Shown here in pieces: positions 10,801 through 24,300 of a stretch of 64,000 bases of DNA (its first letter is position 1; every line of letters starts with the position of its first letter). This DNA comes from Tubulanus polymorphus (Eukaryota; Animalia; Nemertea): assembly GCF_964204645.1 (NCBI RefSeq), contig NC_134031.1, positions 21,211,910-21,275,909 on the forward strand, in the 5' to 3' direction. The notes below the pieces were generated by a model, which was given only the letters and a program-made list of their open reading frames with translations, had not been told where the DNA came from and searched no databases. The position numbers were made by a program, and so were the translations under genes.

Positions 10801-11015
10801 ACTGTTCACAGATTCTATCAAGGGTTCCAGTTATTTCAGCTCCTAAATACAAATTTCAGAAATTTTCAGTGAAGCGGTTATGAAATAAGAGCAGTTTCAC
10901 ACCAAACTAAACTAAGCCGTGATCTTTGAGTGATTAATTGCTGGAAACATGAACAGATCGAATAATTTATATAGAACAGTTCTCTAAAAATAAGGAATTT
11001 CCAAACAGGTTTTAC

Positions 11016-11445
11016 CTGCTGCTGCTGCTGCTGCCGCTGCTGGTGGCGCTGTTGCTGCATGGTGCTGGTACAGCGGGTACTGCCAGTGCTGCTGTTGCAG
11101 CTGCTGGTGGCGCTGTTGCTGCATGGTGCTGGTACTGCGGGTACTGCCAGTGCTGCAGTTGCAGCTGCTGGTGACGCTGTTGCTGCATGGTGCTGGTACA
11201 GCGGGTACTGCCAGTGCTGCTGTTGCAGCTGCTGGTGGCGCTGTTGCTGCATGGTGCTGGTACTGCGGGTACTGCCAGTGCTGCAGTTGCAGCTGCTGGT
11301 GACGCTGTTGCTGCATGGTGCTGGTACAGCGGGTACTGCCAGTGCTGCTGTTGCAGCTGCTGGTGGCGCTGTTGCTGCATGGTACTGGTACTGCGGGTAC
11401 TGCCAGTACTGCTGTTGTTGCTGCTGCTGCGGTGTGTATCTCATC
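11016..11445 (-). repeat. 64-bp exonic VNTR (~6 units; ~4 at 20285-20577; ~2 at 40607-40777)
   Basis: Unit CATGCAGCAACAGCGCCACCAGCAGCTGCAACAGCAGCACTGGCAGTACCCGCTGTACCAGCAC (minus strand). Confidence 0.92.
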
Positions 11446-12116
11446 CTGTAACTGAGAGTAAAACAGTAATTTTTAGTTAAAAAATAATTCAAAATATCAA
11501 CAGAGACTGTGAAGAATTCTGTGGAGAAATTCATTACCAGTTTTGTACTTACCTTTAAATGAGCCTGTTTAAATAGTAAATTCTATTGCATTCATTTCAT
11601 TCTGAAAAGAAAAAGAAACAATAATCAGTGACAATAGAGCAGAATGTAACATCTCAAATTATCAATCAATCAGACAGAAACAGTACAGGATTTCTGCAGA
11701 TTAAACTGCTGTACTTATTTCATACTGATTGAACAGTTACAGATACATGTAACATTGTGTACAGATACAGAGTACAGATCACTGCATTACTTCATCCTGT
11801 GATTGAACAGTGATTTAATGTTCTCTCATCTTCATTAGACTCCCATCCGTCTAACTAAAACATCAGAACATTTCAACTCATCTAACCTCCCGACCCAACC
11901 CTCCCAGACCCCCACCCTCCCATACCCCTTCAATCCTGCCTCCCGACCCCTTCCCTCCCACCCTCCCTCGCCCCTTCCCTCCCGCCTCCTTCCCTCCCTC
12001 ACCCCTTCCCTCCCTCCGGCCCTCCCCGACCCCTTCCCTCCCGCTTATACCCTGGCCCTCCCTCAATGCCCTCCCACCTGGCCCTCCCTCAATGCCCTCC
12101 CACCTAGCCCTACCTC

Positions 12117-15100
12117 AATGCCTCCTCAACTCTCTTGTCTCCTCTTCACACACCACTCATCTGTACAATAACTACAAAACGATTTGCCATTTTTCACGAT
12201 CATATCAATTTCATTTATAAATCAAAATCCTTAATCAATTGCATCATTGATGGGACTCACAGATACTTTCTCTACACATTTTGGAGGCATTCAGATGACC
12301 TCAAATGATCATATGCCTGGGTTGGTCTTGAAAATCACATGGCTTCAATTTTACAGATGATTTCTTTATCAATTTCATCACATTATTCCTATTATTTCTA
12401 CTCCCTCTAATAAGTATTCACAACATATCTCAGTTTCACGACAAGTTGCAGCAGTCGTCTGTAAACAGATTTCATTTCATCAAATGATGCGAGTTTGAGT
12501 TGTAGAGGTTTCATCTACAAAACATCAAACCAAACCTGAGGAACTTAATGTTGTAAGGGAGGGGGACGTATATGGAGGGTTCACCCGAACAAAGGAAATA
12601 AGCCCGAACCAAACCTTCACACTCACAAAATGTCGCGAGAAAGGCAAACACAAACCAAGGACAAGAATGATGGCTGAGATCAAAACAATAAACCATTTTA
12701 CAGTTGCTAGCCGCCATTTTGTTAGGGTACTTTTGTCCTGTATTGTTGGGTCATTTTTTCTCTTTTTTAAAAACTATCCGTGATGTGTGTTGTATCATAT
12801 TTCATCTGTCCATGGATGGATTTTGACAGTTTCAGCAACATTCAAACCGCATAAATCTCTAGTTTTCAGTTATGTAAAAATCATTTTTTGAATTTGCAAC
12901 AATGCGACATGAGAGCGATATAAAAATTGGCGGTCAGTTTTTTCCGTGCGCATAGAAATCCAGGGTACTGAACTTTGAAGTTCGTTATTTTCAGAAATAA
13001 TTTTCTAAAAAATCCAAGCATTTCAAGAACTGTGCGCATAAATGCCCTCTTTCGGGTGAACTTTGAAATGTTAAGATATCTTGCCTAGTTTTTATCCTAT
13101 GGCTCTTTAACTGCAGCGCGTGTATTGTCATTCCGAGATTCGGCGCTGTTTTCTTTGCGTGTATTTCAGTATATGGGTGTTATTTTTTTCATTTTTACTA
13201 CACTTGTCTCTACGGAAAATGGTTTTAATTGTTGGTACGAGTATCAGGTTTCAATATTACGTCATTTATGCAATAATAGATCGAAGACATTTGAGATGTT
13301 GGAGTTTAAGGGATTTTTTTTACCAGTTTTAGCAGTGAGACTGAGCGGCATTTTGATCACGTATTCGAAGTTGCGCGCGGGAAGAGAATATATGGGCCTA
13401 TATTGAGATGGAAGAAGAAAAGAAATATAACACTCAAAATCGAGTATGATGACCATTTAAATCAGTAGTCTATCAATCAATTTATATAAAAATCTACTGA
13501 AATTAGATGGATGGAGAAGTGGTCAAAAAGCTGGACAAATGGGGTGGGGCAAATATTCAGCTACTTTCTATGAATACTTTCTATTAAGTACACACAAGAT
13601 TGATTAGCTCGGGAAGAAAATATAGGAAAACATTTTCTTGCTTTGGTGGTGAAATATCAAGTATCAAGTTCTAATGTCAGACACAGGTGATTAAAAGTAA
13701 AACGTGACATCTACCATCACAAGAACACAAGAAGTGTGTGGATTGCATTTACAACAAAAGAGTGATATTTTGGGTTTTCTTGGGTGCATGTACGTATGCC
13801 TCTGCCTGCTGTAAAAGCGGCTACCAATACAGCCATTACGAACTAGCGCCGGAGAACGGAATACAGTATTAATGCCGTAATATTTAAACCTGATACTCGT
13901 ACCAACAATTAAAACCATTTTCCGTAGAGACAAGTGTAGTAAAAATGAAAAAAATAACACCCATATACTGAAATACACGCAAAGAAAACAGCGCCGAATC
14001 TCGGAATGACAATACACGCGCTGCAGTTAAAGAGCCATAGGATAAAAACTAGGCAAGATATCTTAACATTTCAAAGTTCACCCGAAAGAGGGCATTTATG
14101 CGCACAGTTCTTGAAATGCTTGGATTTTTTAGAAAATTATTTCTGAAAATAACGAACTTCAAAGTTCAGTACCCTTGATTTCTATGCGCACGGAAAAAAC
14201 TGACCGCCAATTTTTATATCGCTCTCAAGTCGCATTGTTGCAAATTTGAAAAATGATTCTTACATAACTGAAAACTAGAGATTTATGCGGTTTGAATGTT
14301 GCTGAAACTGTCAAAATCCATCCATGGACAGATGAAATATGATACAACACACATCACGGATAGTTTTTAAAAAGAGAAAAGAAACGACCCAACAATACAG
14401 GACAAAAGTACCCTAACAAAATGGCGGCTAGCAACTGTAAAATGGTTTATTAATGCTATTGATGTTGCTTCACCAATTCAACATGACGTCACTAAATGAA
14501 ACCATTGTGGACTATTTCAATACTCTCTACTAGAGGTTTCATATAAGCAAGTAGTTTATGGAATCCTATTCATAAAAGTTATTAATCAATGTTTTTAAAC
14601 TGCTGATGCAAAATATATACGTCATAAATAATCTGTTTGATTGTCTTTTCAAGTTAACACTTAAACCCAGTGGAACAAATCAAACTCCAGCCATTTTTCC
14701 TTCATTTGCCATTTTTCGTTTTTACTCTTTTCTCTGACTTTTAGCACTTGAGTCGAGGTAGGAATAGACCCCTGCCCGCTCGCTAAGCGTGCAGGACACT
14801 AAACCTTCGAATTGCTCTCGGACCCCACTCTTTATATCAGCATTTCATGCTGTTTTATTTTATTCACGCATTCGCTTTACATTTTTTCATATGGCTTTTC
14901 CTTATTTGTCGTCTCACTAAAATTCTCATCAGTTCCGACTGGGATCAAGTTTAATCTTTTAGAGACAAAGAGCAAAAGATTGTGTTAGTTGCAGCAGCAG
15001 CAGCTGCAGCAGCACCAGCAGCAACACTGATACAGATGAATCTTTCATTAACTACGTCATTTGTTCCATTCTCAAATATTGAGTCATGATGGCAACAGAA

Positions 15101-18100
15101 ATAACTTTAAAAAATGTTAAATCTTTCATTTATGGCCTTGGTTTAGTGACCTAAGCGTCAAAGTTTGGTTCATAGCCCAGGTTTGGTGACCAAAGAGTCA
15201 AAGTTTGGTTCATAGCCCTGTTTTGGTGACCAAAGAGTCAAAGTTTGGTCTATGGTTCTGATTTGGTGACCACGGAGGGTAAATATAGCTCATGAGCGTT
15301 GCATATGTTGAATAGGGGAATTGGACTAAACACTCATCACTAGAATAAAGTGAAGAATTATGTTCACACTGAATGGGCTCAAAATCTTGGACTAATTGAT
15401 AAAGTCTGAAATAATTCTGACTAATTTGAGTCTACCGGAAAATGATGCATTGATCGAAGTCTAAAAGCTATAAACTGACAAATTGATCGAGCACTGATAA
15501 TATTTTAAATAACAGCGGAGGATGAAATAACTTTCATAAACTGATATGATCGTGAAAAATGGCAAAATACACTAGATACACCTCCCCCACGCTTTATCAG
15601 AGTCTCATTGTAGTAGGAAGATTGTCGTAGCCTAACTGTAAAAACTACAACTACATCTGGTTGAATATCATCTGTTTTTATGGCTTTTAAATTCAGTAAA
15701 ATATTTCCTGATAGAAGTATAATTAGTTCGCAGCCCCTTAAATTCTGTCTAGAATAGAATTATAAGTCACAGGTAGAAATAGAATATTATCCTATTCTAA
15801 AATGAATATAATAATAGAACAATAGTCTCTCCGTGTCAATCTTTGTCCCACCTAAAAATTGTACAGTTTATTTCAGAAAATGTGTCCCATCTTTTTGAAG
15901 AGGATAACTAATTATTAAGGATATCTATGAATAGTGATATACTGTGCCATGAAGGCAAATGAAGAAGTGTGTCAATAAAAGTGATTACAAAACATATCAC
16001 TTATTCTAATGAGTTCTATACTCTTCTTCCAAAAATGAAGAGTAGGTCTCTGTCTAAGAATCTGCAGAAAAAAGAGGAAGCAGCAATGAATGTGAACTGC
16101 ATCTCGACTCTCGTCAACAATTTTCTAAGTCGTCCTATACAGTTCTCAGTATTTACAGCCGTTTTTAAAATAGCACAGAAGAAAATACATCTTTCAGCTG
16201 GAAATGTATCAGTAAACGGCCAGATATCAACAGTAATTATTACGTATGATTGTTGTTTCATTGAATTATTAATGAAACCGTGTTTTGATCGGAGCCAAGG
16301 AGCAGTTTGTGATCATTCAAAAAATATCTCTCATTCCTGACAACATTAAATAATGGCCCTCAAAATTGAAACGTCCCAATTCAAAAATCCGGGGCAATTA
16401 TCTTATAACGATTGAGAGAAGTGACGGTGAAATTACGTGCGCACTCACCGGGGATCAAACCCGGGTCTCATAGAAATAACAACCAGTAAAATAGAACGAG
16501 TCCAATTGGCCGATGCTTATACAGCTTACTGTAACATGACATGTTGCAGTCACACATGTTGCGGCCACATGACGTGTTTCATAATGATTAATCCTTTCTT
16601 AGAATAATAAAAAGATGGGACACATTTTCTGAAATATCCTGAACTTCAAGACTAAAACTACGACTAAACCACCTGTACTTGTACCTAAACCCTAAAGCCC
16701 CACCCTATATCCCTCCCTCCAAAGTCCTAACACCACCCCTACATCTCTCCCACCCTCCCAAGTCCTACCACCACCCCTTTCATCCCTCCCACCCTCCCAA
16801 ACCCCATCCCTCCCACCCTCCCGGACCCCTTCCCTCCCGCCCTCCCTCACCCCATCCCTCCCGCCCTCTCACCCCTTCCCTCCCAGACCCCTTCCCTCCC
16901 ACCGTCCCCCACCCCAACCCTCCCGCCCTCCCTCTACCCCTTCCCCAACCCTACCCACCCTCCCTAAACCCTGTGGTTAGGTGAGTTGAATGTTCTGATG
17001 TTTTAGTTAGATGGATAGGAATCTAATGAAGATGAGAGAACATTAAATCACTGTTCAATCACAGGATGAAGTAATGCAGTGATCTGTACTCTGTATCTGT
17101 ACACAATGTTACATGTATCTGTAACTGTTCAATCAGTATGAAATAAGTACAGCAGTTTAATCTACAGATATTCTAACTCTTAAGATACACATGATCTGAT
17201 TATCACGAAGGAACATGATTGATAACAGTAGTATTATTGACATCAGGAACCAGTTTCATATTGATTAGAAATAACATTTGAGTTGATCACAATTTAGAAA
17301 ACCTGTAAACCCGCTTACAGAAATAACAATCCCAATCATGAACTGATTATAGTCAAACATTCACCAAAAGAAATTTGAAATGATTGAATAACTGCAACAG
17401 GTTTTTGTGATTTCATTTCAAAACATGGTTTATAACAAACAATATAAAATTGGTCCCTAAAAATCAATTCAACAACCGATAAATAAAGATTAATGTAACT
17501 TATCTTGAATTTCCACATAGGCTATAGTGATTCCTGATGTCATGCTGAATCCAAGAATGATTCCCGATGTCCGGTGCGAAACCAAAAAAGTTTGATTGTG
17601 AAACACTGATTCCTTGTTGTCCTGTGCAGAATCTAAGAGTGATTCTTGTTTTCCTGTGCTGAATCAAAATTCCCGTTGAACACGTTGAAGTGATACCTGT
17701 AATAGACAAATCTAAGATTGTTTTCTTTCCTTAGAAATAACTGCAGAAATATCAAATCTAAAATTCAAACTTACAAATTAGATTGTTCACTCCAATCTGC
17801 AGTTCATTTATTCAAGGGGTTTTTCTATCCACAGTTTAGGTTTTGCATCTAGAGTTCAACATGAAATATAAATAAGAAAGTAATGAAAAAACGAACAGTT
17901 TAAATATTATCTGTTTCTGAAACCGATGAAGATCATCATCATCAATATCAGACAAATGGAGGCAAGTAGAGGCATCCATCCTCCCGCGGCAGGGAGTCGA
18001 ACCTGATGGCATCCAGAATGCCACGGTACGAAACCCTGCCACACTAGACCAAGTGCGCAGCAGCTACATGCGCAGCTTAGATGATGTCATTAATAGCCAA

Positions 18101-21100
18101 TTAGAAATTCAGTTTTATTTTAGCCCGGGTTTACCCATTTATAGTTCTTCCGTGAAATTTACCTCAGCGATTAACGAGCAATCTGATTGGTGCCCCAAGA
18201 TTTCGCACGGTAAAGCTGCGCATGTACCTGCGCACCCGGTCTAGTGTAGCAGGGGTTCGTACCGTGGCTGAGTGTAGCAAGCGATGTCATCAGGTTCAAA
18301 TCCCTCCCATGGGAGGATGTCGGTGTCCGACACGTTTGGACTGTGGTGGTGATTAATATCGGTTTAGCGACAGATGAAATAAACTTACAGTTTTCACTGT
18401 TTGATTAAATCAGTCGATGGAATCCTTTTAGAACAAATTCAGGTCTAACTGCAGTTTGGGTCACCTATCCACTGGGTGGTGCTAGTGTTATTGAAGAATA
18501 GCGTTATGGTAAGGTTAGGTACATAACCATTAGGGACACCTAAACTGCAGTCATACCCAAATTCATTACATCACAGCGAGGTGAAGCCCATCGTGATCTA
18601 GAAATATCAGGATGGAATGACGTCATGCTTGACTGAGCGCCACCAGTCCAAGTGCACTGTTTGTAGGATGTACCTCTGAAATAATTTGATTTACCACAAT
18701 ATCTGAGATGGAATATTTGTCGCCATTTAAACCAATGTTACAAACACTTACCAAATATTGAAATACTGATTTCAGGGGTCGGGAAGGAGGGTGGCAATGT
18801 TTAGGTGAGGTTTTTGCTAAATTTCGTGTTATGGTAAAGCACGCCATTTTGATATTGCGTCATAGTGTACCTCAGATTGGGATTCCCGCCGCTAGACTGG
18901 TCACCGCCACCTGCATTCGCAAGTAGAAATGGCAACCAGTCTATTGCAGGTCTCGGCTTCTTTTCGATTATATTGGATTTTTATATTCTACGCAATATTC
19001 AAAGAATTTATTCTAATGAAAACCACGCTCTTGGATCAAAGGCCCGTGGATTACTACTTTAGTTCACAGAAATTCCGCTATCGTTATTCATAGGGGCAGC
19101 ACTGAACGGTTGTTATCTGATGCAGTCTTGCTATTTTACTGCGGCATGTGAGGAATACAGATTTTTCTTAAGTCAAATTTCATTCATCACTCAACACTAG
19201 TTTGTTAGAAATTAATAACTCTACCAACATTAGAGCTTTATATAAGGAGAGTAAATGGTATGATAGAATCTCCCTAATTCCGATCATTGGAACCAACAAA
19301 ATTCATCCGTTTTACGGCAAATCCGGATTAAAAGTCATTTTCGTGTATATTAATGATTAAATTGACTGTAAATATTATCCGGATTAGACCAAAATTCGGA
19401 TTAAGCTTAAAACGATAGTAGCAGCTTCAGCAACTAGAGCTTCTTTACTCTTTGAAGGTGAATATTTTTAATTTCTCCAGTTCCAAAAAGTGTTGGGCGT
19501 ATTGCATTCTGGAAAGAGAAAATTATGCCAGAAAATGGTTAATGAAATAGATAGAAACTGCAACTGTTCGATTGACAGAAAACCTACCGGGTTAATGAGT
19601 AGTTAATCACAATGTGTCGAATATATGCAGATTTCTGAGAGGTTTGATGGTAGCTTTAGACTGCTTCCTCAAGTAAAACGTTGATACCTGCCAACATTGA
19701 CCGATCAAAACATCATTTTCTGGACTTGATTTGAAGATCACCACAAATTACTGCAATAAATCGATATAAAACTCACCGCTTCTGACTTGTTTGAGTTGTG
19801 GAGCGCAATGTTAACTGCAAGTTCAGCTTTATTTTAGACCCTAGAATACAACAGTTGTATAATTTTGATGATTCGAACTTTGACCAGAATAGAAGTGATT
19901 GAAAATTCGCCTTCACTGATTAATGTAGCTTCTAATCAGGAAATGAGTTTATAAATGTACAGTCAAACAGAGACTAGAATCTGTAGAGATATTTACCGGT
20001 ACTGTATTTGTTTTGAGGACTTAAAGCGATGTCCATCTTAAACAAATGTGAAGTGAATTCCCAATGTTTACTGTTCACAGATTCTATCAAGGGTTCCAGT
20101 TATTTCAGCTCCTAAAAACAAATTTTAGAAATTTTCAGTGAAGTTGTTACGAAATAAGAGCAGTTTCACACCAAATTAAACTAAGCCGTGATCTTTGAGT
20201 GATTGAATGCTGGAAACATAAACAGATAGAATAATTTATATAGAACAGTTCTCTAAAAATAATGAATTTCCAAACAGGTTTTACCTGCTACTGCTGCTGT
20301 TGCAGCTGGTGGTGGCGCTGTTGCTGCATGGTGCTGGTACAGCGGGTACTGCCAGTGCTGCTGTTGCAGCTGCTGGTGGCGCTGTTGCTGCATAGTGCTG
20401 GTACTGCGGGTACTGCCAGTGCTGCTGTTGCAGCTGCTGGTGGCGCTGTTGCTGCATAGTGCTGGTACTGCCAGTGCTGCTGTTGCAGCTGCTGGTGGCG
20501 CTGTTGCTGCATGGTGCTGGTACTGCAGGTACTGCCAGTGCTGCTGTTGCTGCTGCTGCAGCGGTGTGTATCTCATCCTGTAACTGAGAGCAAAACAGTA
20601 ATTTTTAGTTCAAAAATAATTCAAAATATCAACAGAGACTGTGAAGAATTCTGTGGAGAAATTCATTACCAGTTTTGTACTTACCTTTAAATGAGCCTGT
20701 TTAAATAGTAAATTCTATTGCATTCATTTCATTCTGAAAAGAAAAAGAAACAATAATCAGTGACAATAGAGCAGAATGTAACATCTCAAATTATCAATCA
20801 ATCAGACAGAAACAGTACAGGATTTCTGTGGATTAAACTGCTGTACTTATTTCATACTGATTGTACAGTTACAGATACATGTAACATTGCATTGTGTACA
20901 GATACAGAGTACAGATCACTGCATTACTTCATCCTGTGATTGAACAGTGATTTAATGTTCTCTCATCTTCATTAGACTCCCATCCGTCTAACTAAAACAT
21001 CAGAACATTTCAACTCATCTAACCTCCCGACCTAACCCTCCCAGACCCCATCCCTCCCGCCCTCCTTCCCTCCCACACCCCTTCAATCCCGCCTCCCGAC

Positions 21101-21337
21101 CCCTTCCCTCCCACCCTCCCTCGCCCCTTCCCTCCCGGACTCCTTCCCTCCCGCCCTCCCGGACCCCTTCCCTCCCGTCCTCCAAAACCCCTTCCCTCCC
21201 GCCCTCCCCGACCCCTTCCTTCCCACCCTCCCATACCCCTTCCCTCCCGGACCCCTTCCCTCCCGCCCTCCTGGACCCCTCCCTCAATGCCTTCCCACCT
21301 GGCCCTCCCTCAATGCCCTCCCACCTGGCCCTCCCTC
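12117..21337. repeat. Segmental duplication copy B (has 1.76-kb foldback insertion; lacks ~4.2 kb)
   Basis: Colinear with copy A; junction at ~19406 joins A-equivalent 5960 to 10131. Confidence 0.95.
12690..14448. mobile_element. Non-autonomous foldback-type DNA transposon, ~575-bp TIRs
   Basis: 12690-~13266 is the reverse complement of ~13872-14448; the empty site CAAAACAATTAATGC is present in copies A, C, D. Confidence 0.95.
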
Positions 21338-24300
21338 AATGCCTCCTCAACTCTCTTGTCTCCTCTTCACACACCACTCATCTGTACTATAACTACAAAA
21401 CGATTTGCCATTTTTCACGATCATATCAATTTCATTTATAAATCAAAATCCTTAATCAATTGCATCATTGATGGGACTCACAGATACTTTCTCTACACAT
21501 TTTGGAGACCATTTTCTCTACACATTTGATGACCTCAAATGATCATATGCCTGGGTTGGTCTTAAAAATCACATGGCTTCATTTTTACAGATGATTTCTT
21601 TATCAATTTCATCAAATTATTCCTATTATTTTTACTCCCTCTAATAAGTATTCACAATATATCTCAGTTTCACGACAAGTTGCAGCAGTCGTCTGTAAAC
21701 AGATTTCATTTCATCAAACGATGCGAGTTTGAGTTGTAGAGGTTTCATCTACAAAACATCAAACCAAACCCGAGGAACTTAATGTTGTAAGGTAGGGGGA
21801 GGTATACGGAGGGTTCACCCGAACCAAGGATATAAGCCCGAACCAAACCTCCACACTCACAAAACAATTAATGCTATTTATGTTGCTTCACCAATTCAAC
21901 ATGACGTCACTAAATGAAACCATTGTGGACTATTTCAATACTCTCTACTAGAGGTTTCATATAAGCAAGTAGTTTATGGAATCCTATTCATAAAAGTTAT
22001 TAATCAATGTTTTTAAACTGCTGATGCAAAATATATACGTCATAAATAATCTGTTTGATTGTCTTTTCAAGTTAACACTTAAACCCAGTGGAACAAATCA
22101 AACTCCAGCCATTTTTCCTTCATTTGCCATTTTTCGTTTTTACTCTTTTCTCTGACTTTTAGCACTTGAGTCGAGGTAGGAATAGACCCCTGCCCGCTCG
22201 CTAAGCGTGCAGGACACTAAACCTTCGAATTGCTCTCGGACCCCACTCTTTATATCAGCATTTCATGCTGTTTTATTTTATTCACGCATTCGCTTTACAT
22301 TTTTTCATATGGCTTTTCCTTATTTGTCGTCTCACTAAAATTCTCATCAGTTCCGACTGGGATAAAGTTTAATCTTTTAGAGACAAACAGCAAAAGGTTG
22401 TGTTAGTTGCACCAGCAGCAGCAGCAGCAGCAGCACCAGCAGCAACACTGATACAGATGAATCTTTCATTAACTACGTCATTTGTTCCATTCTCAAATAT
22501 TGAGTCATGAAGGCAACAGAAATAACTTTAATAAACGTTTAATCTTTCATTTATGGCCTCGGTTTAATGACCTAAGCGTCAAAGTTTGGTTCATAGCCCA
22601 GGTATGGTGACCAAAGAGTCAAAGTTTGGTTCATGGCCCAGGTTTGGTGACCAAAAGTCAAAGTTTGGTTCATAGCCCAGGTTTGGTGACCAAAGAGTCA
22701 AAGTTTGGTTCAAGGCTCAGGTTTAGTGACCAAAGAGTCAAAGTTTGGTTCATGGCTCAGGTTTAATGACCAGAGTCAAAATTTGGTTCATAGCCCTGTT
22801 TTGGTGACCAAAGCGTCAAAGTTTGGTCTATGGTTCTGATTTGGTGACCACGGAGGGTAAATATAGCACATGACCCTCGTTAAAGGTAAGTCAGTTTTAT
22901 GGCTCTGGTTTGATTAGCAAATAACATGAAAAATTGAGCGTTGCATATGTTGAATAGGGGAATTGGACTAAACACTCATCACTAGAATAAAGTGAAGAAT
23001 TATGTTCACACTGAATGGGCTCAAAATCTTGTACTAATTGATAAAGTCTGAAATAATTCTGACTAATTTGAGTCTATCGGAAAATGATGCATTGATCGAA
23101 GTCTAAAAGCTATAAACTGACAAATTGATCGAGCGCTGATAATATTTTAAATAACAGCGGAGGATGAAATAACTTTCATAAACTGATATGATCGTGAAAA
23201 ATGGCAAAATACACTAGATACACCTCCCCCACGCTTTATCAGAGTCTCATTGTAGTAGGAAGATTGCCGTAGCCTAACTGTAAAAACTACAACTACATCT
23301 GGTTGAATATCATTTGTTTTTATGGCTTTTAAATTCAGTAAAATATTTCCTGATAGAAGTATAATTAGTTCGCAGCCCCTTAAATTCTGTCTAGAATAGA
23401 ATTATAAGTCACAGGTAGAAATAGAATATTATCCTATTCTAAAATGAATATAATAATAGAACAATAGTCTCTCCGTGTCAATCTTTGTCCCACCTAAAAA
23501 TTGTACAGTTTATTTCAGAAAATGTGTCCCATCTTTTTGAAAAGGATAACTAATTATTAAGGATATCTATGAATAGTGATATACTGTGCCATGAAGGCAA
23601 ATGTAGAAGTGTGTCTGAAAATCCATAAAAGTGATAACAAAACATATCACTTATTCTAATGAGTTCTATACTCTTCTTCCAAAAATGAAGAGTAGGTCTC
23701 TGTCTAAGAATCTGCAGAAAAAAGAGGAAGCAGCAATGAATGTGACTGCATCTCGACTCTCGTCAACAAATTTCTAAGTTGTCCTATACAGTTCTCAGTA
23801 TTTACAGCCGTTTCTAAAATAGCACAGAAGAAAATACATCTTTCAGCTGGAAATGTATCAGTAAACCGCCAGATATCAACAGTAATTATTACTTATGATT
23901 GTTGTTTCATTGAATTATTAATGAAACTGTTTTTTGATCGGAGCCAAGGAGCAGTTTGTGATCATTCAAAAAATATCTCTCATTCCTGACAACATTAAAT
24001 AATGGCCCTCAAAATTGAAAAGTCCCAATTCAAAAATTATCTCATAACGATTGAGAGAAGTGACGGTGAAATTACGTGCGCACTCACCGGGGATCAAACC
24101 CGGGTCTCATAGAAATAACAACCAGTAAAATAGAACGAGTCCAATTGGCCGATGCTTATACAGCTTACTGTAACATGACAAGTTGCAGTCACACATGTTG
24201 CGGCCACATGACGTGTTTCATAATGATTAATCCTTTCTTAGAACAGTGTTTTCAATAAGAAATTAACAAGCCAGGTCCCTTTGAAAAACAGGAGGGTCCA

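Larger units (their letters stand above)
1..12116. repeat. Tandem segmental duplication, copy A of ~12-kb unit
   Basis: Anchor ATGCCTCCTCAACTCTCTTGTCTCC recurs at ~14, 12117, 21338 and 41511, followed by colinear near-identical sequence. Confidence 0.95.
8715..18850 (-). ncRNA. Predicted spliced transcript TU2 (lncRNA or decayed small-protein gene), complete copy
   Basis: Minus-strand exons ~18850-18752, 17696-17319 (tentative), 11601-11553, 11445-11016, 10842-10728, 10662-10508, 10365-10319, 10233-10020, 9952-~8715; donors GTAAGT, GTAAGC, GTAAGT, GTAAAA, GTAAAT, GTGAGT, GTAGGT, GTGAGT; pyrimidine-rich AG acceptors; AATAAA at 8736-8731. Confidence 0.6.

Noticed and set aside
13120-14017. Transposase in the foldback element
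   Set aside because: Short mirrored ORFs arise from the TIRs; no DDE motif
16679-16984. Proline- or glycine-rich ORFs over C-rich tracts
   Set aside because: Low-complexity tracts whose length and frame differ among copies
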